A DNA stretch of 59,022 bases, from IMG/VR virus record IMGVR_UViG_3300000517_000182, positions 1 to 59,022 of that record; one strand, given 5' to 3'. Positions 20,094 through 29,757 of the stretch are shown here, piece after piece. Numbering within the stretch: the stretch's first letter is position 1; each line of letters starts with the position of its first letter. The DNA comes from a virus. Lineage: Duplodnaviria; Caudoviricetes. The notes beneath the pieces were generated by a model. The model was not told the origin of the DNA and made no database searches. It worked only from the letters and a program-made list of their open reading frames with translations. The translations under genes were made by a program, and so were the position numbers.

Positions 20094-20690
20094 ATGGAAC
20101 GGACTATACTAACGGACGCGGATGGTGTGTTATTCAACTGGGACTATGCTTTCGGCGTATGGATGGAGCAGCATGGTCATACTCCGGTAGAGAAGGGAAA
20201 CAGATATTATTCTCTAGCAGATAGATATGCACTAGATCCTAAACAGATACCCCCACTTGTAAAGCAGTTTAACGAAAGTGCTGCAATGGGATTTCTTCCT
20301 GCTCTAAGAGATGCTGTGTATTATGTAAAACGACTTCACGAAGAACACGGCTACGATTTTCATTGTATCACATCTATGAGCAAAGATCCCAATGCTGTTA
20401 AACTGCGAGAAATGAACATTCGCAAACTTTTTGGCGATACAGCATTTTCAAAAATCATCTCTTTAGACACGCAAGCACCTAAATACGATGTATTAAAGCA
20501 ATACAAAGATACAGGATTATATTGGATTGAAGACAACTATAAAAATTGTGTTGCTGGATTAGAATTTGGATTAAAACCCGTGTTAATGGAACACGGATTT
20601 AATATGAGAGAAGACATTCCGCAAGGAGTAACTAAAGTCACTAGTTGGCGCGAAATCTACGAATTAATACAAGGAGAAAACAATGAGTAG
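20094..20690 (+). CDS. HAD-superfamily (5'-nucleotidase-like) hydrolase
   Basis: TDADGVL and WIEDN motifs. Confidence 0.75.
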   Translation: MERTILTDADGVLFNWDYAFGVWMEQHGHTPVEKGNRYYSLADRYALDPKQIPPLVKQFNESAAMGFLPALRDAVYYVKRLHEEHGYDFHCITSMSKDPNAVKLREMNIRKLFGDTAFSKIISLDTQAPKYDVLKQYKDTGLYWIEDNYKNCVAGLEFGLKPVLMEHGFNMREDIPQGVTKVTSWREIYELIQGENNE

Positions 20691-20865
20691 TGAATTACAC
20701 GAACAGATTGTTCAGGCATTTAATAACTATCTAGCAGAAGCAGAAACCTTTGACGATAAGGGTGTTAAGGCTGCTGCTGCCCGTGCTAGAAAGGCACTCG
20801 GCGATCTCGGCAAGCTTACAAAGGAACGCCGCAAGGAAATCCAAGACAAAAAGAACGAGATGTAA
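20683..20865 (+). CDS. Small basic histone-H1/Hc1-like protein
   Basis: KAAAARARKAL..RKEIQ pattern. Confidence 0.6.
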   Translation: MSSELHEQIVQAFNNYLAEAETFDDKGVKAAAARARKALGDLGKLTKERRKEIQDKKNEM

Positions 20866-20866
20866 T

Positions 20867-22036
20867 ATGAAAGCAAGAGTCATTGGCGGAGGAATATCAG
20901 GCGTAACAACTGCCTACTACCTTGCCCGCAAGGGCTACGATGTCACCGTGGTAGAACGTGAAAGATATACCGGTATGATGACATCATACGCTAATGGCTC
21001 TCAGCTTTCTGCTTCTAACGCAGAAACTTGGAACAGTTGGTCTAATGTTAAAAAAGGCCTCAAGTGGATGTTTCAAGAAGATGCACCCTTTAAAATCAAT
21101 CTAAAGCCAGAAGCTGCTAAAATAGGCTGGATGGCTCGTTTCCTTGCAAACATTCCTAACCGAGACAAGAATACTCTAGAAACCTGCCGTCTAGCTCTAC
21201 AAGCACATGATTGTTATCGTGCTATAGCAGACGAAGAAGGCATTGAGTTTGATAGAGTGGAAAAAGGTATATTACACATCTATCGCAATGAACGAGATCT
21301 ACAGCACGCTCGCCGGGTAAACGAACTGTATAAAAAAGCAGGTCTCGATCGAAGAGAAGTCACAGCACAAGAATTGCTATCAATAGAGCCTGCTCTACAA
21401 CAGAGTGAAACTGCTTTTGTAGGTGGGTTTTATAATGAGCAAGATTTTACAGGTGACATACATCTCTTCTGCAGAAATCTGTCTCGTGCATTAAAACACA
21501 AATATAACGTAAAATTTTTAAAACTTCCTGCTACTATATATGACATAGACCTATGGTGCGACCAAGGCATTGTAGTGATATGCGCGGGAGTTGATTCTCC
21601 TGTGTTAGCAAAAGCAGTTGGAGATAAACTGCCTATCTATCCTGTTAAAGGGTATTCTATTACAATTAACGATCCTGTCAAAGCACCTTGGGTTTCTCTG
21701 TTAGACGATGAGACAAAGATAGTTTCGGCCAGACTCGGCGAACAGCGTTTTAGAGCCGCAGGCACAGCAGAGTTTGCCGGCAAAAACTATGACATCAAAC
21801 AGGCTCGGATCCAACCTCTAACAGACTGGATCAGAAGTTTATTCCCCGAAATGAATACCGAATACGTTACACCGTGGGCAGGTCTGCGTCCTATGACACC
21901 TTCTATGATGCCTATTGTCAAACAGAGCAACAAGAACAGTCGAGTGTATTATAATACGGGTCACGGCCACCTTGGCTGGACCTTAAGTGCTGCCACTGCT
22001 GTTCAAATAGCAGATATCATAGAGCAAACACAATGA
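20867..22036 (+). CDS. dadA: D-amino acid dehydrogenase (FAD-dependent)
   Basis: GGGISG, TSYANG, YPVKGYS, WAGLRP and NTGHGHLGWT motifs. Confidence 0.85.
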   Translation: MKARVIGGGISGVTTAYYLARKGYDVTVVERERYTGMMTSYANGSQLSASNAETWNSWSNVKKGLKWMFQEDAPFKINLKPEAAKIGWMARFLANIPNRDKNTLETCRLALQAHDCYRAIADEEGIEFDRVEKGILHIYRNERDLQHARRVNELYKKAGLDRREVTAQELLSIEPALQQSETAFVGGFYNEQDFTGDIHLFCRNLSRALKHKYNVKFLKLPATIYDIDLWCDQGIVVICAGVDSPVLAKAVGDKLPIYPVKGYSITINDPVKAPWVSLLDDETKIVSARLGEQRFRAAGTAEFAGKNYDIKQARIQPLTDWIRSLFPEMNTEYVTPWAGLRPMTPSMMPIVKQSNKNSRVYYNTGHGHLGWTLSAATAVQIADIIEQTQ

Positions 22037-22263
22037 AATACTATAGATATATAGAACCACGCGATCCTACTAACGATGATTTCTCGCCAGAAATAATCAC
22101 TCTGTCTGAGCAGGAAATACTTGACTCATATTGGGATTACTGGTATACTAACATGTGTGAAAAGTTTGGCAAGGCAGAGTATAGCAAAGAAAGTTGTTTA
22201 AAAGATTGGTGTGCTATACACTGGGCTTGGCAAGTAGAAGATTGCCAAGGAGAAATGGAATGA
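22033..22263 (+). CDS. Phage hypothetical protein
   Basis: Coupled ORF. Confidence 0.6.
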   Translation: MKYYRYIEPRDPTNDDFSPEIITLSEQEILDSYWDYWYTNMCEKFGKAEYSKESCLKDWCAIHWAWQVEDCQGEME

Positions 22264-22387
22264 CTTGGTTTGTTTGGATTTTATTAGGTATGGTAATTGG
22301 TATAGTCGCTTCGGTGTTTTTTGGTTATTGGTTCCTGATCAAGAATCCCTCGAATTTTCTACCATGGTGACGTAGAAGGAGAAATAA

Positions 22388-22576
22388 ATGAGTGAGAATG
22401 TAGAGTTTGTTTTAGTAAGACGCGATTCCGACGACAAAGTAGAAATTGTCAAAAAGGAGTCATTTGATTTAACTGGTTATAGTTTTTTTCGTTACTATGA
22501 AACAGGTAACAACACGCTTGAAGAATGGGTAGAAACTGATCGGTTAGAATTTTACAAGAATAAAGTAGAGAAATAA
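22388..22576 (+). CDS. Phage hypothetical protein
   Basis: AAGGAG SD. Confidence 0.55.
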   Translation: MSENVEFVLVRRDSDDKVEIVKKESFDLTGYSFFRYYETGNNTLEEWVETDRLEFYKNKVEK

Positions 22577-22591
22577 ATAGAAAGAATTCAA

Positions 22592-22845
22592 TGAAGCGAT
22601 GGTAAGATGTTTCGGACGCGGGTTCGACTCCCGCCGCCTACACCACTTATTTCTATGTGGGCGTCATGGTTTCGACGGGGCAGACGAGTTATCGTGGAGA
22701 ATCGGCAATGTGGAAGCCGTTAGGATTGGGAGTTCCCGATCTAAGAAGCAAACTAAAATAAATGCAACAGAAGAAGCATTTGCTCTAGCCGCTTGAGGCT
22801 AGATGGGGTTTTGCTAGTCCTTCCTTATTACCCAAAGGACTGGCA
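22592..22845 (+). ncRNA. ssrA: Circularly permuted (two-piece) tmRNA; tag (A)ATEEAFALAA
   Basis: T arm GCGGG-TTCGACT-CCCGC and CGCCTAC-ACCA (ends 22645) precede the 5' strand GTGGGCG (22657), giving G3:U70; resume GCA at 22764, stop 22796; outer ends approximate. Confidence 0.92.
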
Positions 22846-22918
22846 CCTTCCAAAAAAGATTGACACGCCTGTCACTCATAATTATACTATACGTTAATTT
22901 GTAGCAAAAGGCTCTATT

Positions 22919-23359
22919 ATGACAATGCATCTTGACAAGACACTGTCTTCTATCCGCACTTCTAACCCGAGAACACGTAAGATGACTGTGCGCGAATACA
23001 ATGCCAAAGTCGAAGAACATCGTTTGTATAATAAGCGAATGAAACAGAGCAACAATAGACATCTTATGATGTCATTTGACGAGTATCTTGACTTCTGCAA
23101 GCCAAAGACTACTGCCCGGGCAGTAGCCACTTCCAAGAAGAAAGATTATGTGCCACCGCAGAATACCGTGAGAGAAGGTGCGAGAACAACTGCGTCTGTA
23201 AAAAGTCACGGCCTAGGTGTAGGCACAGGCAGCAAGAAAGAATCGGTTAAATACACAGGCGACTATGTTATAGGCATCGCTCAGACACACAAGAGCAATG
23301 CTGTTCCTGTCACTAACGGCGATCACGCAAAAGACATCGCCCGTATGCGTAGAGGGTAA
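22919..23359 (+). CDS. Phage hypothetical early protein
   Basis: Sigma70 promoter at 22860; YTG..IGIAQTHKSNAVPV motif. Confidence 0.7.
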   Translation: MTMHLDKTLSSIRTSNPRTRKMTVREYNAKVEEHRLYNKRMKQSNNRHLMMSFDEYLDFCKPKTTARAVATSKKKDYVPPQNTVREGARTTASVKSHGLGVGTGSKKESVKYTGDYVIGIAQTHKSNAVPVTNGDHAKDIARMRRG

Positions 23360-23362
23360 AAA

Positions 23363-23860
23363 ATGCGAACTTTAATGGTTGTAGTCAGCATATTCTATGC
23401 TGTTGCTGTATGGGCTACTTCACAGCCCACTCCTTATACCAAGGAAGATTATCCTGAAGCACATTGCCTTGCTCTAAATATTTACTTTGAAGCAAGAGGA
23501 TCCAGTTTCGCAGACAAGGTTGCTGTAACAGATGTAGTTTTAAACAGGACCAAAGATAGTCGCTATCCCGATGATATCTGTTCAGTGGTATATGAAGCAA
23601 AGACAGATTCTACCGGTTTTCCTCTGCGTAATCAGTGTCAGTTCTCCTGGTTCTGTGATGGCAAGAGTGACACTCCTCGTGAAGTAGATGCTTGGTATGA
23701 AGCACAGGTAATTGCATATCAAATGCTTTACAACGGTCGTTTTAAAGGCATCACAGAAGGCGCAACTCATTATCATTCCACAAAAGTTGATCCTTATTGG
23801 GCTGACAGTTTTCAATACATTGGCCAAATAGGCGATCATATCTTCTATCGTTGGAATTAA
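23363..23860 (+). CDS. SleB-like cell wall hydrolase
   Basis: CLALNIYFEARG, CQFSWFCDG, GATHYH and IGDHIFY motifs. Confidence 0.9.
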   Translation: MRTLMVVVSIFYAVAVWATSQPTPYTKEDYPEAHCLALNIYFEARGSSFADKVAVTDVVLNRTKDSRYPDDICSVVYEAKTDSTGFPLRNQCQFSWFCDGKSDTPREVDAWYEAQVIAYQMLYNGRFKGITEGATHYHSTKVDPYWADSFQYIGQIGDHIFYRWN

Positions 23861-23928
23861 CCAAAAACACTTGACAAATTTGTCCTCTAAAGTATAATTA
23901 ACTTGTCATTCAATAATGGAGGCATGAC

Positions 23929-24429
23929 ATGAAAGGCATTTCAAAGGCAATTTTAGCAACATCTGCTGCGGCTATTCTAGCAGGCTGTTCATCTATGGTT
24001 GAGATTCCCGAAGCTGATGTGTATGCACAGCCTAAATGGTATAACGACTGCAAGCAATCAGGCACCGAAGGCATGTTTTGGTGGGCTAATGATTACGCCT
24101 ATGCTTGTGGTGCAGGTGTTAGTCGGTTTGAACAAGCAGCAGAATCGGAAGCATATGCCTTTGCTGTAAAGAGTTTTGCAGAGCGTATTAACGGAACTCT
24201 TGATAGCTCTACTAGAGTTTCGATCGAAGACAACTCAAAAACTTCCAAAGTCGAAGTCAATCATTCTGTGTCAGACACGGAAATTCGCGAGCATCTTGAA
24301 GTTAAGCGCGATGTATATCGTTATCAGGGCCAGCACTACGTGTTTGTGCGCCTCAAGATGGAAAAAGAAACTTTTGACCGTTTGATGAACGAGGCAGGCA
24401 ATGCGACTAACACTGCTACTACTGACTAG
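23929..24429 (+). CDS. Lipoprotein
   Basis: LAGC lipobox. Confidence 0.7.
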   Translation: MKGISKAILATSAAAILAGCSSMVEIPEADVYAQPKWYNDCKQSGTEGMFWWANDYAYACGAGVSRFEQAAESEAYAFAVKSFAERINGTLDSSTRVSIEDNSKTSKVEVNHSVSDTEIREHLEVKRDVYRYQGQHYVFVRLKMEKETFDRLMNEAGNATNTATTD

Positions 24430-24724
24430 TTTGGTAATTGCTGGGTGCGCGAGTAATAGCGAACCTGTTCGTCAGGATCAATACTGCTATACCGACGAAG
24501 AGATTGTTCTTCAAAATGGCGAAACCACGAGCACTCAAACCAAAGTTTCCTGCTCCGACAAACCCAATGTGAATCACATCACACGGTCTGCTGGCGTAGC
24601 AGGTGAATGCAGGTCTTATATTCACAAAATTCGCAGAAATGGTGTTACAAAAAATGTTAAAGGATTTCTCTGTAGGTTCCCCGATGGTACTTGGGAGCCT
24701 GTTAATGGTGTGTATTCTTATTAG
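24401..24724 (+). CDS. Lipoprotein
   Basis: IAGC lipobox. Confidence 0.65.
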   Translation: MRLTLLLLTSLVIAGCASNSEPVRQDQYCYTDEEIVLQNGETTSTQTKVSCSDKPNVNHITRSAGVAGECRSYIHKIRRNGVTKNVKGFLCRFPDGTWEPVNGVYSY

Positions 24725-25100
24725 TGGTTGCGCTTCTAACAACTCCTATTATGGAAAGATAAGCACGGCTAACAACTATACCGACTCTCCGTCTATGGTA
24801 GGAGTTCTAGGTAACTTGTTAATTTATAATGCATATTCAGTGCCACGCAAAGACAGAGACAAACATGAGCAGTGTGTATATTTTGCGCTCGACAATCTTT
24901 TTCTTGGCGAAAAATGTGATTGGTATTCTGAAAACGGTTCTACGCACGGTCAGGTAAAAGTTGTAGCACATCGAAATATGTCGCCGGGTTCTTGCTCTAC
25001 TTTATACAACGCCGTGTATCACAAAGGAAATTGGAAAACCTGGCAAGATACAGCGTGCAGGCACGGTGTGAATGATCAATGGAGGTTTGTCGAACGATAA
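24684..25100 (+). CDS. Lipoprotein (surface-antigen-like C-terminus)
   Basis: ISGC lipobox; start approximate. Confidence 0.55.
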   Translation: MVLGSLLMVCILISGCASNNSYYGKISTANNYTDSPSMVGVLGNLLIYNAYSVPRKDRDKHEQCVYFALDNLFLGEKCDWYSENGSTHGQVKVVAHRNMSPGSCSTLYNAVYHKGNWKTWQDTACRHGVNDQWRFVER

Positions 25101-25139
25101 GACCCTCCTAGCAGCTAAATACTGCTTTAGGAGGGCATC

Positions 25140-25586
25140 ATGTGGGAATACAGATGTAAAATACGCAGTGTCGTTGATGGCGACACCGTAGATGTAGACA
25201 TAGACCTAGGATTTGGTTTAGAATTGAAAGACGAAAGGGTAAGAATCAAAGGCATAGATACACCAGAATCTCGAACATCAGACGAAGTAGAAGACATTTT
25301 TGGTGAAGCAGCTAAAGCAAGAACAAAAGAAATACTGCCAGAAGGTTCTACCCAAATTCTAATAACAGAATTAAACAAAGAAGGCGAGGACATGAAAGGC
25401 AAGTTCGGAAGAATCCTCGGCGACTTTGTTGTAGGAAATACAACGTTCACTGAAACAATGATACAGGAAAATCACGCGGTGAGATATGAAGGACAATCAA
25501 AAGATGACATCCAAGCAGAGCATCTTCGAAACAGACGCCTTCTTGTTGAAGCCGGAGTTGTCTCCATTCCTGATCATCTAAAATAA
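25140..25586 (+). CDS. Thermonuclease (SNase-like)
   Basis: VVDGDTV, RIKGIDTPE and GKFGRIL motifs. Confidence 0.88.
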   Translation: MWEYRCKIRSVVDGDTVDVDIDLGFGLELKDERVRIKGIDTPESRTSDEVEDIFGEAAKARTKEILPEGSTQILITELNKEGEDMKGKFGRILGDFVVGNTTFTETMIQENHAVRYEGQSKDDIQAEHLRNRRLLVEAGVVSIPDHLK

Positions 25587-25594
25587 ATTAAACT

Positions 25595-27232
25595 ATGTTC
25601 TTTGGAATTTTAACACTTGTAACCGCGTTGGCAATCAGCGCGGTTGCTATCTACTACTCCGTGGCAGGCCTCGCAGCGATATTTGCTGCTGCTGTAATAC
25701 CTATTATTATAATGGGGGGTGTGCTGGAAGTATCCAAACTTGTCACAGCAGTATGGCTACATCGCTATTGGCATCAAGCGACTTGGTGGCTAAAGACCTA
25801 TCTTACCACAGCAGTGGTTGTGTTAATGTTTATTACTTCGATGGGTATATTTGGCTTCTTGTCCAATGCTCACGTTCAACAGACTGCGCTAGGCGACAAC
25901 ACCGTTGCTCAATTAGAAAGAATAGAATCAGAGATTGCGAGACAAGAAGCAATCATTTCAAGAGCAGAAGACAAGATAGAAACCGCTACTACAGAAGGTG
26001 TTGGCGCAGATTCTAATATCCAAAGCCAAATCGACAGAGAACAGGCGAGAATTGACAGAGCCTATGAAAGAGCAGAGCCTGCTATTCAAGCACAGCGCGA
26101 CATCATAGAGCGACAAGAAGGTAGAATTCTAGATCAGATAGAAGCAGTTGACTCCGACATAGAAAGACTTGATACAGCACTTGCTCAAGGCGAAGTTGCT
26201 CTGGCACAGAGCATAATTGGTGTCGAATCAGACGGAATTCTTGGTCCTAATACTCGCGAAGCTATCCAAGATTTCAGAGATAGGAAGGCAGAAGAAAAAG
26301 CAGTTCTTGAACAGAGACTGGCTGCTGTTGGCAATGATCCTAGGGTGCAAGCGGCTAGGCAGGAAATTGAAAGAATAAGAAACAGAGTAGAACAGGAAGT
26401 TGCTCAGTCAAATGAACTCATCAACAGGCTTAGAGCGCAACTAGGCACTTCTATAGGGGAAGACATTGATGCTGTTATAGACGAACAGAACACTCGTATT
26501 ACAGAAGCGTCACAGGAAATAGACACCCTTACCCAAGAAAAGTTTGAAATAGAATCCAAGGTAAGGCAACTTGAAGCAGAAGTTGGTCCTATCAAGTATA
26601 TCGCGGAATTTGTTTATGGCGAAGACGCTGATAAAAATCTTCTTGAAGAAGCAGTGCGTTGGGTGATCGTAATTATCATCTTTGTGTTTGATCCACTTGC
26701 GGTTCTTCTGCTAATTGCAAGCCAATACACATTCCGTTGGCACGGTAGAGAATTGTTCGGCGGCGACGGAGATAATCCGCCGGAACCAACACCGCCGCCA
26801 AAACCTATTTCACCTGCTCCTGCTGCCAACGAAGAATTTGGCTTAACCGTAGAAGAAGCCGCAGAACCCTACACAGAAACAGATCCACACGATGTGTATA
26901 ACGATGACAGACTGGCAACTGCCTATGATCTAGAAAATCCTGTCGCGGCCGAAAAAAAAGATACCGAATCGTTGGAAGAATCAAACGAAAAGACTAGACA
27001 GGCTGTAATAGACGAACAAGATCAATCCATACACTGGCACGAAGCAAAGAAATTATGGAAAGAAGACCATCCTGACGAGACACTAAAAGAACAAAAGCAA
27101 AGGTATCTCGCAGGAGAAATTGATCGTCTGCCCTGGGAAGACTATCTCACCGAAGATTCGGAAGCAGACCAAAAAAAAAGATCCTACATAATGAAGAAAG
27201 ACAATCAGCAGATTCGTCGGGATCGAGAATAA
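25595..27232 (+). CDS. Membrane-anchored coiled-coil protein with a peptidoglycan-binding-like segment
   Basis: N-terminal TMs, long coiled coil, DGILGPNT, TM ending in VFDPLAV. Confidence 0.75.
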   Translation: MFFGILTLVTALAISAVAIYYSVAGLAAIFAAAVIPIIIMGGVLEVSKLVTAVWLHRYWHQATWWLKTYLTTAVVVLMFITSMGIFGFLSNAHVQQTALGDNTVAQLERIESEIARQEAIISRAEDKIETATTEGVGADSNIQSQIDREQARIDRAYERAEPAIQAQRDIIERQEGRILDQIEAVDSDIERLDTALAQGEVALAQSIIGVESDGILGPNTREAIQDFRDRKAEEKAVLEQRLAAVGNDPRVQAARQEIERIRNRVEQEVAQSNELINRLRAQLGTSIGEDIDAVIDEQNTRITEASQEIDTLTQEKFEIESKVRQLEAEVGPIKYIAEFVYGEDADKNLLEEAVRWVIVIIIFVFDPLAVLLLIASQYTFRWHGRELFGGDGDNPPEPTPPPKPISPAPAANEEFGLTVEEAAEPYTETDPHDVYNDDRLATAYDLENPVAAEKKDTESLEESNEKTRQAVIDEQDQSIHWHEAKKLWKEDHPDETLKEQKQRYLAGEIDRLPWEDYLTEDSEADQKKRSYIMKKDNQQIRRDRE

Positions 27233-27322
27233 AACCAAACTTTACAGAAGTAATCGAACCACAGGGTTACATACAAAACGGAGAGCAGTCTGACAACTCA
27301 ATATGGAAGAGAATATACGACC

Positions 27323-27721
27323 GTGGATAACAATATACTACTAATAACCCCGCCCGACAAAATACACAATCAAAACAAAAACATCCTACTCATACACCCC
27401 AGCCCTTATGTTAAGAACTCTACACAGGAGTTTTTAGCAGAATCTCAAGAAGGATTTAATGTGTATATCTATGAGCCTCAAGACGAATCAGAAAACAATT
27501 TAGATTGGCTGCTAGATGTAGCACGCTTCGCTGAAATGACTGTAATAGATCTTGATAAATCTGACAGTGAAACAAGAAAAATAGCAGCATATCTTGTTTC
27601 GCTACCTACGGTATATTGGTTGACTTCTGGCGAAGATTCCTGTTACTATAAGTTAAGCGTGAATAGAATTTATGACCTAGAAATTCTCAATCGACTAAAA
27701 GGAGGCAATTTTGAGAAATAA
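27323..27721 (+). CDS. Phage hypothetical protein
   Basis: LITPPD N-terminus; operon position. Confidence 0.65.
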   Translation: MDNNILLITPPDKIHNQNKNILLIHPSPYVKNSTQEFLAESQEGFNVYIYEPQDESENNLDWLLDVARFAEMTVIDLDKSDSETRKIAAYLVSLPTVYWLTSGEDSCYYKLSVNRIYDLEILNRLKGGNFEK

Positions 27722-27962
27722 CAAAAAGAATCAACAGCCTGTGACAATTCCAGGCTGTAAGGTTGAAGTGCGTGATGGCAGATTTAATGACGCAATGCGT
27801 AAGTTTAAAAAGCGAGTTCAAGAAGACGGTAGAATCCAAACCGTAAAAGAAAGACAAGAATACACAAAGCCTTCTGTTAAACGTGCAAGAGCAAGAGCAG
27901 CAGCAAGAGCTCGGTGGCTAAAAAAACAAGCAAAAGATTCATTTGATGCCAAGAACTATTGA
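27711..27962 (+). CDS. rpsU: Ribosomal protein bS21
   Basis: AMRKFKKRV..G..ERQEYTKPSVKR pattern; GGAGG SD. Confidence 0.85.
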   Translation: MRNNKKNQQPVTIPGCKVEVRDGRFNDAMRKFKKRVQEDGRIQTVKERQEYTKPSVKRARARAAARARWLKKQAKDSFDAKNY

Positions 27963-27971
27963 GGAATTAAC

Positions 27972-28544
27972 ATGAGTATGCATGCCGAATTATGGTTTCC
28001 TTCGGTAATATGGAGTAAAATGACTCACTATGGAGATAATTCTAAAATAAAAGAATTCTCTTATAAGAAAAAAGCCGACGATAAAGGCAGAATTATCAGC
28101 AATTACGGGGGATGGCAGAGTTCAGATCTCAAGGCAGGAGAATGTAACGCCTTGGATGAGTTATTAGCTAATATTTCTAATGAAGTAGCATTTTGCGCGG
28201 ATCAAGTAGGAATAGGCAATCTCAAATTGTACAACGTGTGGATTAATATAAATCCTCCAAACAGCTATAATCATTTGCATAACCATATTAATTCAGTTCT
28301 CAGCGGAGTTTACTATGTAGATGCAGATCCTTCACAAGGTAATTTGCAATTTGAACGAAGCGACAACGGTGACTATCATATTCCCGCTGAAGTAAAAAAA
28401 GAAACTTATTACACATCAACTAGAGCAACTTATGCTGCTAAAACCGGAGGATTATACATATTCCCAGGCTGGTTGAAACATTCGGTACAAGGCAATGCAT
28501 CAGACAGAGATAGAATTTCGATTGCCTTTAATTACGGGGAATAA
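27972..28544 (+). CDS. 2OG-Fe(II) oxygenase-like protein
   Basis: HxH..LSGVYY, FPGWLKHSV and RISIAFN motifs. Confidence 0.8.
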   Translation: MSMHAELWFPSVIWSKMTHYGDNSKIKEFSYKKKADDKGRIISNYGGWQSSDLKAGECNALDELLANISNEVAFCADQVGIGNLKLYNVWININPPNSYNHLHNHINSVLSGVYYVDADPSQGNLQFERSDNGDYHIPAEVKKETYYTSTRATYAAKTGGLYIFPGWLKHSVQGNASDRDRISIAFNYGE

Positions 28545-28547
28545 AAT

Positions 28548-29678
28548 ATGAGAATCGAACAGGAATCAAAGTTAGATTATGCCAATGTGCTTATCCGTCC
28601 CAAGAGATCTACTCTCGGGTCACGCAAAGAAGTTGATCTAGAAAGACAGTTCTCATTTAATAACTATGAACCAGCGTTTGAACATAAAAACTGGGAAAAC
28701 TATCACTATCGTGGGATTCCTATTGTAGCATCCAATATGGACGGTGTAGGCACAATGGCAGTTGCAGACAAACTTGCCAGTCAAGGCCTTTTTACCTGTC
28801 TTGTTAAAACTTATTCAGAAGATGCTCTTGTAGAGTTTTTTGACAGCCGTCCTGATCTAAGTGACAATGTCGCAGTGTCCATTGGTATTTCTGATAGTGA
28901 CCTTGCGCATTTTGATAGTGTGTATGACAGGCTTCACACTGATATCAAATATGTATGTATTGATGTAGCAAATGGTTATTCAGAACGCTTTGTAGATTTT
29001 GTAGGTGAATTCCGAATCCGCTATCCGTCTGTCGTTATTATTGCAGGCAATGTAGTCACCGGAGAGATGACAGAAGAACTTATTCTCAACGGTGCTGACA
29101 TTGTAAAAGTGGGAATTGGTCCAGGATCTGTATGCACTACAAGAATCCAAACAGGTGTAGGCTATCCACAATTAAGTGCTGTAATTGAATGTGCAGACGC
29201 AGCACACGGCCTTGGTGGTCATATTATGGCAGACGGTGGTTGCACTTCTCCTGGCGATGTTGCAAAGGCATTTGCTGCAGGTGCAGACTTTGTAATGCTA
29301 GGAGGTATGCTTGCCGGCACCACAGAAGGTGGAGGCGAAATCACGACTCGATACTTCAAAACAGGAGAAGTTGCTGCAGACGGCACAGACATCCTCGAAA
29401 CGAAAAAGCAGGTAGAGTTTTATGGTATGAGTTCACGCACTGCTAACGACAAGCACTTTGGTGGTTTGAAAGACTATCGTTCTTCCGAAGGTAGAACAGT
29501 TCTTGTAGATTACAAGGGAGACCTAGGACCTGTAGCACAGGAAATCCTAGGAGGATTAAGAAGTGCTTGTACATATGCAGGTGCAGAAAAACTCAAACAT
29601 CTGCCAAAGTGTGCCACATTCGTAAGATGCTCAGATACTCATACAAGAGTGTTTGAGTCGAAAACTATTGGCAAATGA
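28548..29678 (+). CDS. guaC: GMP reductase
   Basis: RPKRSTL, DVANGYSE, GIGPGSVCTTR and SEGRTV motifs. Confidence 0.92.
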   Translation: MRIEQESKLDYANVLIRPKRSTLGSRKEVDLERQFSFNNYEPAFEHKNWENYHYRGIPIVASNMDGVGTMAVADKLASQGLFTCLVKTYSEDALVEFFDSRPDLSDNVAVSIGISDSDLAHFDSVYDRLHTDIKYVCIDVANGYSERFVDFVGEFRIRYPSVVIIAGNVVTGEMTEELILNGADIVKVGIGPGSVCTTRIQTGVGYPQLSAVIECADAAHGLGGHIMADGGCTSPGDVAKAFAAGADFVMLGGMLAGTTEGGGEITTRYFKTGEVAADGTDILETKKQVEFYGMSSRTANDKHFGGLKDYRSSEGRTVLVDYKGDLGPVAQEILGGLRSACTYAGAEKLKHLPKCATFVRCSDTHTRVFESKTIGK

Positions 29679-29699
29679 TGTTGTCAATGATAAATATCA

Positions 29700-29757
29700 G
29701 GGAGCGCCGGAAGGGCTCACTTAATAAAAATCTTGCTTATAACTAAGGAGGTTTACA
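29700..29757 (+). promoter_or_regulatory. ROSE-like RNA thermometer candidate in the dnaK 5' UTR
   Basis: 5' hairpin, then TCTTGCTT able to pair with the AAGGAG SD. Confidence 0.5.

Noticed and set aside
22599-22796. 65-aa ORF in the ORF track
   Set aside because: It overlies the tmRNA; only the final tag codons are meaningful.
26951-27000. A8 run as a further frameshift site
   Set aside because: The -1 frame closes after about a dozen codons and no gap needs explaining.
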